Assembly: GCA_964016885.1 (NCBI GenBank)
Contig: OZ024743.1
Location: 171,616,001 to 171,680,000 of the forward strand
Reading direction: 5' to 3'
Length of the DNA: 64,000 nt
DNA from: Eledone cirrhosa
Lineage: Eukaryota
The position numbers were made by a program, and so were the translations under genes. A model generated the notes under the pieces. That model saw nothing but the letters and a program-made list of their open reading frames with translations. It had not been told where the DNA came from and made no database searches. Positions 30,060 through 43,000 of this stretch are shown here, piece by piece; position 1 is the first letter of the stretch; each line of letters starts with the position of its first letter.

Positions 30060-30061
<2 letters not shown>

Positions 30062-33000
30062 CTTCGGCGGCTACGATGTGTACGCATCTCCCAGCCGTCC
30101 TGGATCGGGTGGAGGAGTTGCTGTGCTTTTTCGGAGAGGTTTGGATCTCGACATACGGGCCATCTTCCTGGACCCAGAGGGTAAGCTGGTGGTGCTGGAC
30201 GTGACCAGCGGAGACGGGCAAGCTTTCAGGCTAGTGGCCGTCTATGCCCCGACAGGAGCAGGGCGGCCTGATTTCTTCCGGCGTCTGGAGACCTTTCTTG
30301 GAACGTCCCGCTCTTTAGTGTTAGTGGGCGACTGGAACGGGATCTTAGATGCACGCTGGGACTGTGTGGGATTAGCGGATTGGGGTGGAGGGTGCAAGAG
30401 CCTCACCAACCTGCTCAGGCGTTTTGAACTGTCTGACAGGTACCGATTGGATTTCCCGAATGTGCTAATGTGAACTTGGACAAACCGCATAGGGTCATCC
30501 AGATCATATCTAGATAGAGTATTTTGTAGGGAAATAGATAGGTCTAGCATAGGCTGTCCACAATTCAAGATAGTCAGCTACACGGACCACAAATTCGTGA
30601 TCTGTGTGCTTGACTTAGATAGGCTTCATAGATGAGGACCCGGCTACTGGAAACTAAACGCGTCCTTACCAGCGCGCAAGGCCTACAGAGACCGGATTAG
30701 CGAACTAGTTAAGCGGGCGTTGACGGGGGCCATCGTCAACAACAAGTGGTGGTTTGCTCTGAAAAGAGCGATTAGAATAGAATCGATTAGGTTTAGTAAG
30801 GCTTTAGCAATAGAGAAAAATAGAGCAGAGGGAGAACTAGTTAGAAAATTAGACGAGGCGCTTAGCAAAGGCATTGCGACCGACGTGCTTGCGGCGAAAT
30901 TGGGCCTTGACAAATTTTTCAATGCAAAGCACGAAGGCTGCGTTGTCAGAGCAAGGGTGCGTGCTCTCAGACACGAGGGGACGAAAGCCGTTCAATGGGC
31001 CCGAGTGGCGGAGGCGCGTCGTGGCAACAAAGCCACGATCCGGTCTTTGGTGGACCACGACGGGCGCATGCTACTCGATCCCGGGCAAATGTGTGAAGCT
31101 TTTCAGCGACACTTCGCTCAGCTGTTCGGGGGCAGCGGTGGGCCGGGTAGAGGGATGGACTTTAGTGTCTACCTCGACGGACTGCCGCGGCTCTCGGCCA
31201 CTGAGGCGAAGTGTTGCGAAAAGCCGATAACAGCCGCTGAAGTAAGGGAGGCAATGACTGGCTGCACAAGGGGTAAATCGCCTGGTTTGGATGGTCTGCC
31301 CTATGAACTTTACGTACAGATGCCAGACTTGTTCGGAGGCCTCTTGGCGGACGTCTACTGCAACTGGCAACAGAACGGGAGAATTCCCAGTTCTGTGAGC
31401 CGAGGAGCGGTGGCACTGCTGAGAAAGGATCCGAACAAGAGGGATAACATAGATAATTTCCGGCACATAACTCTGCTAAACACAGAGTTCAAGTTTTTGG
31501 CCAAGGTGCTAGCAAAGAGGTTGGCGCTTGTCGTTGGTGGTCTGGTGGGAGAGGCGCAGACATGCGCCATTCCCGACAGATCCATCCACGACAACCTCCA
31601 CCTCATGCGATACATCATAGAGAGGGTAGCTAATGAACCTGGCACGGGTGGGTCCTTGATCAATTTAGATCAGTCGAAAGCTTTCGATAGGGTCGACCAT
31701 CGTTACCTAGCGGCAGTCCTGAGGGCGGCTGGCTTTGGGCTCGTCTTCAGAGGCTGGATCGCTGCCATGCACAGCGACATCTGCTCTGTGGTGAGAGTGA
31801 ACGGTCACCTGTCGGAACCGTTCAACATCATGCGCTCGGTCCACCAAGGATGTCCCCTCTCGTCCCTCTTGTACGTATTGACTCTCGAGCCATTACTGCA
31901 CAAACTGGAGACGTTGAGGGGAGTCCCGCGCGAACTAGGATGCGGAAGATCCGTGTCAGCATATGCGGACGATGTCACCGTAGTGGTGTCGAACGCCAAA
32001 CACATCGAGGCGATCGGCACTACACTAAGAGAATACGAAGCGGTGACAAGAGCAATGATCAACCAGGAAAAGTCAGTGGGCCTGCAGCTCGGCACCTGGA
32101 GAGGCAGGTCCATGCCGTCCAACAGCGTCGTCGGGCGCTGGACGGACGGACCGATTAAATTGCTAGGGGTCTGGTTCGGTCCGGACCTCCAGACGGACAA
32201 AAACTGGGACGAGGTGACGAGCAGGGTGGCTTCTCTCACCCAGAAATAGGCGGAGAGGAAGCTATCCCTGAAAGGTCGAGCGGAGGTGGCTAACGCGTAC
32301 ATCGCGTCTGTCATCTGCTACCGCCTGACCGTCGTACCTTGTCCTAAGCCTCGCCTGACTGCGCTGGAGCGTTTGCTCTTTCGCTTTTTGTGGAAGGGAC
32401 GTGCTCCGATGGTCAGGCGGTCCATCTGTTGTCAACACCCGCTACGTGGAGGGCTGGGCATGCCGTGGCTGATGATGCGCAGGCACGCGCTCAGGCTACG
32501 ACATCTCCACCTCTTCCTCGACGGTGATCAGGTGTGGTCGCCGTTTGCTAGACACGTGTTTCCCCAGCTCGTTTCCTTGACGGAGCTGCAGTCCTGGGTC
32601 AAGCGAAGACCGAGAGGGAGAGCTTGGAGACTGGAATGTCTTCAGGCGCTCACAGCCCTCGACCAATCGGGCAATGTGATCGGTGGAAACTCCACCTCGG
32701 CGTTCTATAGAGGATTAGTGGAGGGGAAGAGCGACGACGTACTTGGGGAAACTCTAGGTGTCGACGAAAATCAACTAGCCAATCTCTTCGGAAGAACTTT
32801 CGGGCCGGGGCCTATGGACAACTTCCAGAAATCTCTGGCCTGGCAGTGCTACCGAGGAGCCTTGCCAGTTCGGGATAAACTCTACAGGCATGGAAGTGCC
32901 GTCAGCCGGGCATGTCCGAGATGCGCGCAGGGCGACGAAACCGTCCTGCACGCACTCGTCCAGTGTCCGAAAATTGCTGACTTGTGGGTTTATGTCGAAC

Positions 33001-33580
33001 ACCTGCTGTCGCGTTTAGGACGGATCCGGCTATCATCTGAGTCCATCGTGAGGATTTCCCCGCCCTCCTCCTTTAGCCGGGAAGGGCAGGCAGTTTTTAT
33101 CTGTCTGGTGGCCATGGCGAAAGAGATAGTATGGTGGACACGTTTGAAAGGGCTGAAGACGAGCACTTACCTCTTCGGTGATGCTCTGATTGACTTTTTC
33201 AAATTTCATTTGAAAAGGAAAATCAGAGTAGAGAGGGAAGTGCTCTCTTCCCAGCATTTTGTTGAAAGATGGGTGAGAGAAGCAAGAATGGCCCGAGTGA
33301 ATGGGCCTACTCTGAGTATATATCTGTAAATTAAAGGTGGAAAACTGGGAGAGGGCACTTGCCTTGGTGGTCAGGGTCATTGTGGCTTTTTACTGGGCTT
33401 TCTCCACAAATGTCCCTCCGAAGTCTCCCCCCTATTGGGGAAATTTTGATTGTTATTTTTTTTGTTACATCCTCTGTTTTTGTTTTTTACTCGCAGAAAT
33501 GCCCATTTGTACCGTCCTGCATTGTCCTGCACTGTCCTTAATGTCTACTTTATGTAAACCCTTGTGGTTAATAAAGAAAT
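30060..33580 (+). mobile_element. Tx1-clade LINE copy B, 5'-truncated within APE; ORF2 broken by three point stops
   Basis: VYAP, GDWN, SYLDR, TDH (APE); KSPGLDG, LDQSKAFDRV, QGCPLS, YADD (RT); CPRC..ET..HAL..C zinc finger; stops at ~30471, ~30633, 32247. Confidence 0.93.
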
Positions 33581-33682
33581 CATTATTATTATTATTGTTA
33601 TTGTTATTCCTTGAATCTCAGTCATTGATGTTGGTTAACTGGAAAGTCCGTTGGATTGAATATCAAGCCACTACCTGCAGCC

Positions 33683-36600
33683 TCAGATATTCAGGACGTA
33701 TCGGAGGGTTCTTGCCGTTCCAAGCAAGCATGCCTTTTGAAGCGTTCCAAAAAGCGTGAAGGGGCCGATTTTCTTTAACCATCCCTGGAAACCTTTGGAG
33801 ATAGTCCCCAGTGCGCCTATGACAATCGGGATCACTTTGACTTCATGGCAGTTCCAAATCCTTTTCACCTCCCACTTTAGGTCCTGGTATCGGTTAATTT
33901 TCTCCCTCTCCTTCTCTTGCACTCTCGTGTCGAACGGGCAGGCCACATCCACAATCAGGCACGATCTTTTTTCTTTGTCCACAACCACCAGGTCAGGTCT
34001 ATTGTGTTCCAGTTTTTTGTCCGTCTGTATCCTGAAATCCCACAGCACCTTCACCTGACTGTTCTCCATCACCGCCTCTGGCCTATGCTCATACCATTTC
34101 TCAGAATGTGGTAGATTGTTTACTTTGCACAGGTGCCAGTGGATCACCCTGCCCATCACATCGTGTCTCCAGCCCTTATAGTGGGTCTGGGCTAGGTGTT
34201 TACACTCGGACACAATGTGAGCCGCAGTCTCCTCTCTCTCTCTCCACAGATCCTGCACAGTGGGCTAGCCTCCTCCTTGTAGATATGGTGCTTCAACCAC
34301 TTCGTTTTGAGGGCCTGCTCCTGCGCAGCCATTAGCATTCCTTCTGTAGCCTTTTTGAGGTCTCCTCTTCTCAACCAGTTCCATGTCTGTGGATCTCTAA
34401 ATTCAGTTTTCTCAAAGAAGGTACTATGAAGGGATTTTCCCTTAAGGCTGCTCTTCCTCCTTGATGTTATTTCCTCCTTGGATATCCCCTGGCCTACTGT
34501 CCCCTCCTTCAGTACAGCTCTGAGCATTGGCTCCTTACTATAGGTCACGTATTTGTATAGGTTGTTTTTCTCCATCTGAACACAGTCCTCTATGCTGATA
34601 AGACCTCTTCCACCCTCAGATCTCCTTAGGTAGAGTCTATCGACATCACTCCTCTTGTGGAACATGTTGTAGATAGTCAATAGCTTCCTAGTCTTCCTAT
34701 CCATTTCTTTTTGTTCAGCAACATTCCATCTCAGAATTCCCGCACTGTACCTAATAATAGACACAGCTCGGGAATTTACTGCGCTTATGGCATTTCTGCT
34801 GTTCAGATGTGACTTCAATACGCTCCTTACTCTCCGAATGTATTCAGTTCTTAACAATTCCTTCATTTTTTTGTTCTTTATGCCATCAGCCTCCAAAACG
34901 CCCAAATACTTGTATCCTTCCTCAGAGTCAATTTCCTTTATCATCTCACCTGTTGGTATCTGGATCCCGTTACTTCTGCTCAACCTACCCCTCCTCATCA
35001 CAATGACTCCACATTTACCAATACCAAACTGCATACATATATCACTGCTGAAAATACGGACAGTGACAACAAGCACATCCAACTCCTTCTCACTTTTCCC
35101 GAAGAGCTTAAGATCGTCCATGAAGAGGAGGTGATTGATGGTAAGCTCTCCCCTTCCCAACTTGTATCCTGCTCTCACTTTTCGCAGCATAATGGTCAAG
35201 GGCATCAGGGCAAGGACAAACAACAGAGGGGACAGGCTATCTCCCTGGAAGATACCTCTCTTGATCTTCACGCTTCCCAAGGATACTCCAGTTGATGTCA
35301 ACTCTGTCTCCCAGGACCCCATACTCCTGCCCAGCAACTGTCTGATGTTATCTGCCACCCTGAAGATCTCCAGGCTTTTGGTGATCCAGGAATGAGGCAC
35401 CATGTCAAATGCCTTTCTGTAGTCTATCCATCCCATGGCAAGATCAGTGTGTCTCCTCCTGCAATTCCCCATTACCATCTTATCAATAAGCAACTGGTCC
35501 TTTGTACCACGTGACTTCTTTCGGCATCCTTTCTGTTCGTCGGGCAACAAGTTGTTTGTGTGGAGGTGATGGTAGATTTCCTCAGACACAATGCTCGTCA
35601 ACAGTTTCCACATTACGGGCAGACATGTGATAGGTCTATAGTTGGTAACATCATTACCCTTGATTCGGTCTTTCATGATCAGAACTGTGGTACCTTTTGT
35701 CAACCACTCTGGCACCTCACCCGACACCAAGCAGTCATTGAACATGGCCGTCAGCTTCGGGTGGAGGGATGTTAAATGTTTAATCCAATACCCCTGCACA
35801 CCATCTGGGCCTGGTGATTTCCAGTTGGTTAGTTTTTTGGCTTGCCCCTTAAGAGTTTCAACTGTGATACTCAAATCAGTCTGTTGCTGTGCCTGCTCAC
35901 CGATCTCCCTCTGTACTGTCTCAATCCACCCTGCCTGGGCATTGTGTCTAACATCCTGCTCCCATATTCCTCTCCAGAATGTTTTAGCTTGTTCCGCCTC
36001 AGGGATCAAGTCGTTGCCTCTTTCTTTCCCCTCAAGCTGTCCAAACAGCATCTTCTGGTTGTTGTCGAACATGCGGTTCTGTTTATACTGACTGACTCTG
36101 TTCTCGTATCGCCTGATTTTGGCACTCTTTGCTACAATGCGTTGCTTCAATTCCTCTATGATAATATTTAGCTTTTTACTCCTAGTTTTGTATTTTATTT
36201 CCAGTCTATTTTTAGTGCCTATGTTCTTTAGTGTCCCATTCAGTAGTGACTCAAGCTTTCCTATGCCATTTCTCATTTCCCCGATTTGCACACTCAGTCG
36301 CTTCTTCCACCACGGCTCTGCTCTTTCTTGTCTGTTGTTTCCTCTCGCTTTTATACCAAGTAGTTTCCTCACCGTATTTGCTGTTGCTTTGAGGATATTG
36401 TTGCACTGGTGAAGACTCCTCGCCTCAAGGTATGGGATGACTTTGTTTACCTTAGCTGTTGTTTCTTTTAACTTTTTCCTGTCTACAAATCTTAGGTTCA
36501 TAGGTCTCCCACTATCATTGTTCAACTCATCTACCACTAAATTTAGGATGTCAACCGAATCTTGTCTTAGCCCGTCAGCATTCATCTCCTCAGTGGCCGT

Positions 36601-37077
36601 ATCTCTGTTCCAGGTATTATTTATCTCAGTATTCAGATCATTGTCTGCTTCGGGTGGTTCCTCCGTTCTCAGGACCTCCTCACCTTCATTTCCCGCTGGC
36701 TCGCTTGTCTGGCATACTACACCCGCCATCTCCAAGCCATTCTCTCTGCTCAGTTCCTCCAGTTCCAGCTCGCTTATCCACCCATTAGTTCTTATTACCC
36801 GAGCCTGCCCGGCCAATTTTTGTTCATCTAATTTAAATAAACCAATCTCGTTCCAGATGTTATGCATCCGTCTCCTGTAGCCCCTCTCCTTGGGGTTACT
36901 TTTCAGGTAGCATTGCATAACAGTTCTATTCAATTCTTTCGTCCAGTTGGTTCTGGCCCCTTTCCTTCTTCTTCTTCCTCCAACATCAGCAGTATTTGGT
37001 TGACAGTCAGGTTCCTGCTGCTGAGCCAGGGGGCACCTGTTGGGTGAGAGTCTGTCACATGACGTTCTAGTCTCCAT
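33683..37077 (-). CDS. RT-RLE polyprotein (~1130 aa), one 2-bp frameshift at ~34235
   Basis: NWKSPGPDG, YRPITCL, EQKGCR, DYRKAFD, GIFQGDSLSPLLF, LFMDD, YKYLG; CRIC..ET..HIVSEC, RHD, RPDLVV, IVDVACP, EKINRY. (GA)6 here versus (GA)5 in the 39.9-kb copy. Confidence 0.92.
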
Positions 37078-37650
37078 TTCACCGTTATTCGAACTGTTTA
37101 TGTTCGATATTTAAACACTCTTATCGAGAATTGGCGAATGTATGTTTACATAGCCATCTGTGGATCCGCTATCCCACTTGGCCCTTGTGTGGCATTATCA
37201 CCACGCTGTATACGGACACACATAAACAAACAAACACACGGGAAGAAAGGGCCCCAAAAATGAATAAGCATAAGTTTCATTGTAATGTAGTATTCGAATG
37301 TCTGACTTAGTTTTTGTTTTTTAAGTTCTACTTTTTCCCCCCTCTTCTCTGTCCGTCCGCTTGCTTCTCTCTTCATTCTTATTTTCTTTACGTTTTTGGG
37401 GTTTCTTTTTTTGTTTTTGTTTTTCTCTGTTTGTTTTTCTCGTTTTTTGCTGTTGTTGCTGTGCTGCTTTTGTTGTTTGTTTTTTCTTTTTTCTTTTGAG
37501 TCTATCTATATATTTTGATGCCTTCCTCTTTGTTAGTAGTAAGAATTCTATAATGTGGAAGTGGCAGCCAGCAGAGACTGGCGGCGTTGGCGATACTGAG
37601 ACAGTGGTGGTGGTGATGTCGATACCGAGGCAGTGGTGGCGGTGATGCGA

Positions 37651-38296
37651 CCGTATTACTGTAGTGATGGTGCTGTAGCGGTGGCAGCAGCAGTGAAGGA
37701 GTCAAGGGGTGGTGGCGGCGGTGATGGGATAGTGGTGGTAATGATGGCCGTAGTGAGCGGTGGCGGTGAAGGTGAAAATGCTGTTGTGTTTAGTGTACAC
37801 AGATGATGGGGTGGGTGGTGTATCTAGTTTCTGGTGTTGGTGAGTTTCGCTGTCCTATATAGTGTAGCCAGAGGAGAGGAGGGGGGGGGGGGTTCTTCTT
37901 CTTCCATTTATAGCCATTTTATTTTTTTTGGATATACAGTGTACAATACAAAGTTGAATATTTGAATATTTGAGCCGTATTACTGTAGTGATGGTGCTGT
38001 AGCGGTGGCAGCAGCAGTGAAGGAGTCAAGGGGTGGTGGCGGCGGTGATGGGATAGTGGTGGTAATGATGGCCGTAGTGAGCGGTTGCGGTGAAGGTGAA
38101 AATGCTGTTGTGTTTAGTGTACACAGATGATGGGGTGGGTGGTGTATCTAGTTTCTGGTGTTGGTGAGTTTAGCTTCCTATATAGTGTAGCCAGAGGAGA
38201 GGAGGGGGGGGGGGTTCTTCTTCTTCTTCCATTTATAGCCATTTTTTTTGGATATACAGTGTACAATACAAAGTTGAATATTTGAATATTTGAGCC
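37651..38296. repeat. 324-bp tandem duplication in the RLE element 5' region
   Basis: CCGTATTACTGTAGTGATGG...TTTGAATATTTGAG at 37651-37974 and 37975-38296. Confidence 0.93.
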
Positions 38297-38480
38297 TTAT
38301 AACAATATATTTTGGGTCCGAATTTTTTTGGGGCTCAAGCCGGGTGCTTTACGTAGCATTTGTACTAAGAGTTGTTATTTCACAAATGATTTAAATATGT
38401 TAAAAATTCAAAACTTACGGGAGCGATTTCATGGCCTCCGTCACCTCGTGCGTCTTCTTCCCATCTTCTTCTTCTTCTTC

Positions 38481-38526
<46 letters not shown>

Positions 38527-39256
38527 AGTTGCATTTATCTTGCTTTATGTTCATACGAGTTATCACCAAGTCACAACCAGTGACCTCAAGAGACAATAAG
38601 GTCCGCCATGTTCAAGAAAGAACATACATACTCACACATTCATCTTTAGTGTTTAGACTTGTGATGTACTTATATTGACAGAATCTTTCTTAGTATATGG
38701 GCAGTTCCCATTAGTACTATCTTTTGTATTTCTCCTATACGCGGGTTTCCTGGGATTTGCGATAAGTAATCATTAGACCCCTTAGGTATCATTCCCAGAG
38801 CGCCTACAACCACTGGTATTGTTTTAGTTCTCAATTTCCACATTTTTCCAATTTCTATCTCCAGGTCCTTATACTTGCTCAATTTTTCAAATGTTTTTAT
38901 AGATACATTCTTATCTATTGGAACGTACATATCAATTAGCAGGCATACCCTCTTTTTAAAGTCCTTCAATATTATATCAGGTCTATTTGCATCTATTTTT
39001 CGGTCTGTTTGGATGCTAAAGTTCCACAAGATTGAGATGTGATCTTTTTCAAGTATGGGAGGTGGTTGATGCTCCCACCAATTCTTTTGATGGGGCAGGG
39101 AAAAATGCTTACACATTATCCAATGTATGTATTGTGCAGCTCTGTCATGCCTGTTTAGGTATTCGGTTGGAGCTATAGGACTGCACATTGAAATTATATG
39201 GTCAATGGTCTCTGGTTGTTTTTTACATACACGGCATAATGGGCTGCATCCATTTT
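38527..39256 (-). mobile_element. R4/Dong-like family 2, short 3' fragment (CCHC plus RLE domain, open frame)
   Basis: CRVC..ETIDHIISMC, RHD, RPDIILKD, EKLSKYKDL; matches 27960-28610. Confidence 0.9.
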
Positions 39257-39289
39257 TTATTATTATTATTATTATTATTGTTATTGTTA

Positions 39290-40068
39290 TTCCTTGAATC
39301 TCAGTCATTGATGTTGGTTAACTGGAAAGTCCGTTGGATTGAATATCAAGCCACTACCTGCAGCCTCAGATATTCAGGACGTATCGGAGGGTTCTTGCTG
39401 TTCCAAGCAAGCATGCCTTTTGAAGCGTTCCAAAAAGCGTGAAGGGGCCGATTTTCTTTAACCATCCCTGGAAACCTTTGGAGATAGTCCCTAGTGCGCC
39501 TATGACAATCGGGATCACTTTGACTTCATGGCAGTTCCAAATCCTTTTCACCTCCCACTTTAGGTCCTGGTATCGGTTAATTTTCTCCCTCTCCTTCTCT
39601 TGCACTCTCGTGTCGAACGGGCAGGCCACATCCACAATCAGGCACGATCTTTTTTCTTTGTCCACAACCACCAGGTCAGGTCTATTGTGTTCCAGTTTTT
39701 TGTCCGTCTGTATCCTAAAATCCCACAGCACCTTCACCTGACTGTTCTCCATCACCGCCTCTGGCCTATGCTCATACCATTTCTCAGAATGTGGTAGATT
39801 GTTTACTTTGCACAGGTGCCAGTGGATCACCCTGCCCATCACATCGTGTCTCCAGCCCTTATAGTGGGTCTGGGCTAGGTGTTTACACTCGGACACAATG
39901 TGAGCCACAGTCTCCTCTCTCTCTCCACAGATCCTGCACAGTGGGCTAGCCTCCTCCTTGTAGATATGGTGCTTCAACCACTTCGTTTTGAGGGCCTGCT
40001 CCTGCGCAGCCATTAGCATTCCTTCTGTAGCCTTTTTGAGGTCTCCTCTTCTCAACCAGTTCCATGTC
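39290..40068 (-). mobile_element. R4/Dong-like family 1, 5'-truncated 3' fragment
   Basis: Nearly identical to 33608-34388; frame intact through CRICGEREETVAH. Confidence 0.93.
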
Positions 40069-43000
40069 TTTGTTATTTCCGTTTGTTAAAAATTGCCATT
40101 TATGGAAAATTTTATTGTTAACTGTTTATAAGCACACATACATTGTTTTCCGAAAAGGACACCCAAAAAGATTGGGGCCTTGTGCCCCAAATTTTAACTT
40201 TTATTATTATCAAAAAATTTATTTTAAAAAAATGGCTACTTCACCTCTGCACGAAGCAGCTGAAAGCCTTCCTCACAAAATAACACCTCACACCGACACC
40301 ACCATTGTAAATTTTACTACGTTTGCCAACACAAACAAAATATAAGCAGTAGCAATATTTTAAATTTGTCTCAGGCAGACATTCATTTCCCGACATTACC
40401 AATGACTGCAGGTGTTAAAGCCTCCACCACCACCACCACCGCGACAACCACCACCACGACCACCACCACCGCGACAACAGAAACAAAAGAAGAAAAAAAT
40501 AAATTAACTCGTGATGTCGAAATGAAATCAAGCAAAATGGACTCTTCCCCACCAAAGACGACTGACGTCACCACCACCACAACTGAAACTAAAATTAATA
40601 TTAACGATAGCAACAACAACAACAATGACATTATAAACTCCCCCCCCCCCCTCAGTTTCGCCAGAGTAGCAAAACAATTCGAAGCATTTACAGTAACTCA
40701 GGAAGATTTAGAAAATGCCAAACAAATGGTAAAGAAAGATGGGTACAGGGTCAGCCTCACCCCCCCCCCCACCTAATAAAATGGAGCATCGGCGCCTATG
40801 CACCGTGTCGTATAGAACAATAAATGTAAAATTGCGCCGAGTGGAACGGGCATCCGAGTCCCAAATCAAAAAAGCTTTGGGACATGTGTGGGCAAGAAAA
40901 ACCCACATCAGACGTGGGCAAAAGTATGGAACCGTGGACGTGTTCTTTGAAACACCAGAGGAGGCTAGAGAACACTCCATGGCCCCATTAAAAAGTGACG
41001 ACTTCACACTCGTCCCAAGCTATTGTGGCCAGAGACTCGTAAAGATCAGGGTGACCCACGTTCCACCGGCCATCGAAATTCCCTGGCTAATAGCGGCTGT
41101 CCTCGCCGGCATCGAAGCCAACACGAAAATAATAGCAATAGCAAAAGAAAAGCAGGAAAACTGGTCCGGATCTGGGATGGAGCTCCTGATCCAAGCGTAC
41201 CAAAAAAGCATTGAGGAGATCCCAGAGGTAATAGACTTCACTGACGGCAGCCACCTCACGGTAATTGTCGAGGGCAGAAGACCTAGGTGTGTCGTTTGTG
41301 GTGAAGGAACCCACCTAAGTGTTTTCTGCCCTCAGGCTAAAAGGTTGAGGCCACCTCTCCTACCCACCCCAGTGACACAACCATCAACACCACCAGTAGC
41401 AGAGATGGCAGTAACAACTGTAGCAGCAACAACAGAAGCAACTATAACAGCAACAACGCCAGCAACAGTAGCAAAACCAACACCACCACCACCCAACGCT
41501 TCAGAACTAGCACCAGCGCCTACACCATCCACCACACCACAACTAAAACTAACGGCTGTAGAGGAATTTCCACTCCCCGGCCTATCACAACTGGAGACAG
41601 ATTGTGACGGCGAGGAGTGAGAAACGATATCAGGAAAAAAAAAAGAAACCAAAAAACAAAAAATTCTCTTCCTTCCCCCTCCAAAAACAAAATACAGAGG
41701 GAAACAAATAAACTAAGAAACAAAAAAGTTAGGACAGATATGCCACCATCCACACCAGCATCACCAACCCCATCAACCCAAACACCAACACCATCACCAT
41801 CATTAACTCCAACACCACCATCACCTACACCACAAAAGTCACCAAAATGCGAAACAGAAACAAACCCACAACAAACGCAAACAAAACAAAACCAAAACGA
41901 TACACACTGCACAGCATTAAATTTGAACAACAAGCAATTATTACACTACATCCAACACAACACCAGCATCACAGAAAAAGACTACACAACAACCCCAAAA
42001 TTCACACCACCTCCACACATACAAATCACTCGCATCACACAGAAAACGTACATGACACTAAAACAAAAATTCCCCAAAGACATCGGAGACTTCCGACAAG
42101 CACTCTCCAGGAGGATTTATAAGGACATCCTTCCTGAGGAGGCCACAAGCAGTGAAAAGGATGGAAAAACCGTCCTTCCCCTACGAGAAGTAAGGTAAGT
42201 GGTATTTCCCATCTTTTCCACTCCTTTTCAACATGACCTCACTCAGAATAGGCAGCATAAATGCGCGTGGCTTGGGGTCGTCATGGAAGCAGTGCCACCT
42301 GCTCAACGACCTCAGGTCACTAAACATAGATGTAGTGGCCATCAGCGAGACCAGAATCTCCGAAGCACAGGCTTTCGCACCGATCTTCGGCGGCTACGAT
42401 GTGTACACATCTCCCAGCCGTCCGGGATCGGGGGAGGAGTTGCTGTGCTTTTTCGGAGAGGTTTGGATCTTGCCATACGGGCCATCTTCCTGGACCCAGA
42501 AGGTAAGTTGGTGGTGCTGGACGTGACCAGCGGAGACGGGCAAGCTTTCAGGTTAGTGGCCGTCTATGCCCCGACAGGAGCAGGGCGGCCTGATTTCTTC
42601 CGGCGTCTGGAGACCTTTCTTGGAACGTCCCGCTCTTTAGTGTTAGTGGGCGACTGGAACGGGATCTTAGATGCACGCTGGGATTGTGTGGGATTAGTGG
42701 ATAGGGAAGGAGGGTGCAAGAGTCTCACCAACCTGCTCAGACGTTTTGAACTGTCTGACAAGTACCGAATGGATTTCCCGAATGTACCAATGTGGACTTG
42801 GACAAATCGCATAGGGTCATCCAGATCATATCTAGATAGAGTATTTTGTAGGGAAATAGATAGGTCTAGCATAGGCTGTCCACAATTCAAGATAGTCAGC
42901 TACACGGACCACAAATTTGTGATCTGTGTGCTTGACTTAGATAGGCTTCATAGACGAGGACCCGGCTACTGGAAGCTAAACGCGTCCTTACCAGCGCGCA

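Larger units (their letters stand above)
33608..38462 (-). mobile_element. Near-full-length R4/Dong-like RLE retrotransposon, family 1
   Basis: Single long ORF with RT, CCHC and PD-(D/E)xK domains; ~1.4-kb putative 5' UTR (extent inferred); (TAA)n at both ends. Confidence 0.9.
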
